Shown here: positions 63,751 to 64,000 of the stretch, in pieces | Layout of the letters: each line of letters begins with the position of its first letter | Numbering within the stretch: the first letter of the stretch is position 1 | From: Raillietiella orientalis | Lineage: Eukaryota | NCBI GenBank assembly: GCA_036172245.1 | Contig: JAYWIR010000020.1 | Location: forward strand, 434,001-498,000 | Direction: 5' to 3' | Length of the DNA stretch: 64,000 nucleotides | Program-made: the position numbers and the translations under genes | Notes under the pieces: generated by a model | Database searches by the model: none | What the model saw: only the letters and a program-made list of their open reading frames with translations | What the model was told of the DNA's origin: nothing

Positions 63751-64000
63751 GGTATTTCCAGCTGAGAATATGTCATTAGGAGGAAAGAATCCGCTTGAAG
63801 AGTGGACGGTCTGCAGCGCTCTGGGATCTCGGTCGTTAGAAAGGCAAGGACGCAGCCACGCTCCCGATTCGCTAGACAGTCTTCCCAGAAAACCCTTGGA
63901 CGAAGTTGGAAACCCTCGATTCATCATCTCATGCTTCAGGTTCCCTCTAAGGTTCCTCCAAGAGCCAGTAAGTATCATATAGGCAAAGGCCTTTTTTCCT

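Overview
Eukaryotic, probably arthropod, genomic DNA; the TIA-1-family protein sequence is the only taxonomic clue. The only host gene I can support is the 3' part of a TIA-1/TIAR (Rox8-like) RNA-binding protein gene on the + strand. It has six exons at 674-2174 covering the second half of RRM2, RRM3 and a Q/G/Y-rich tail, with four introns of only 44-51 nt and several candidate alternative-splicing elements. From about 5 kb to the end, the window reads as a gene-poor patchwork of heavily decayed transposable elements, recognised by eye from residual motifs that fall in the expected order. These include many non-LTR (LINE) ORF2 fragments, an L1/Tx1-like element, an RTE-like fragment, a Ngaro/DIRS-type tyrosine-recombinase retrotransposon relic (gag-RT-RNaseH-YR), Gypsy fragments, and mariner, Tc1 and pogo transposase relics. 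None is intact. There are also two inverted repeat pairs (about 560 bp and 134 bp), a tRNA-like SINE head, several near-perfect palindromes and microsatellites. TE boundaries are approximate and the family calls need HMM or Dfam confirmation. I found no clearly novel system; the best leads are the candidate TIA-1 autoregulatory exons and the Ngaro relic.
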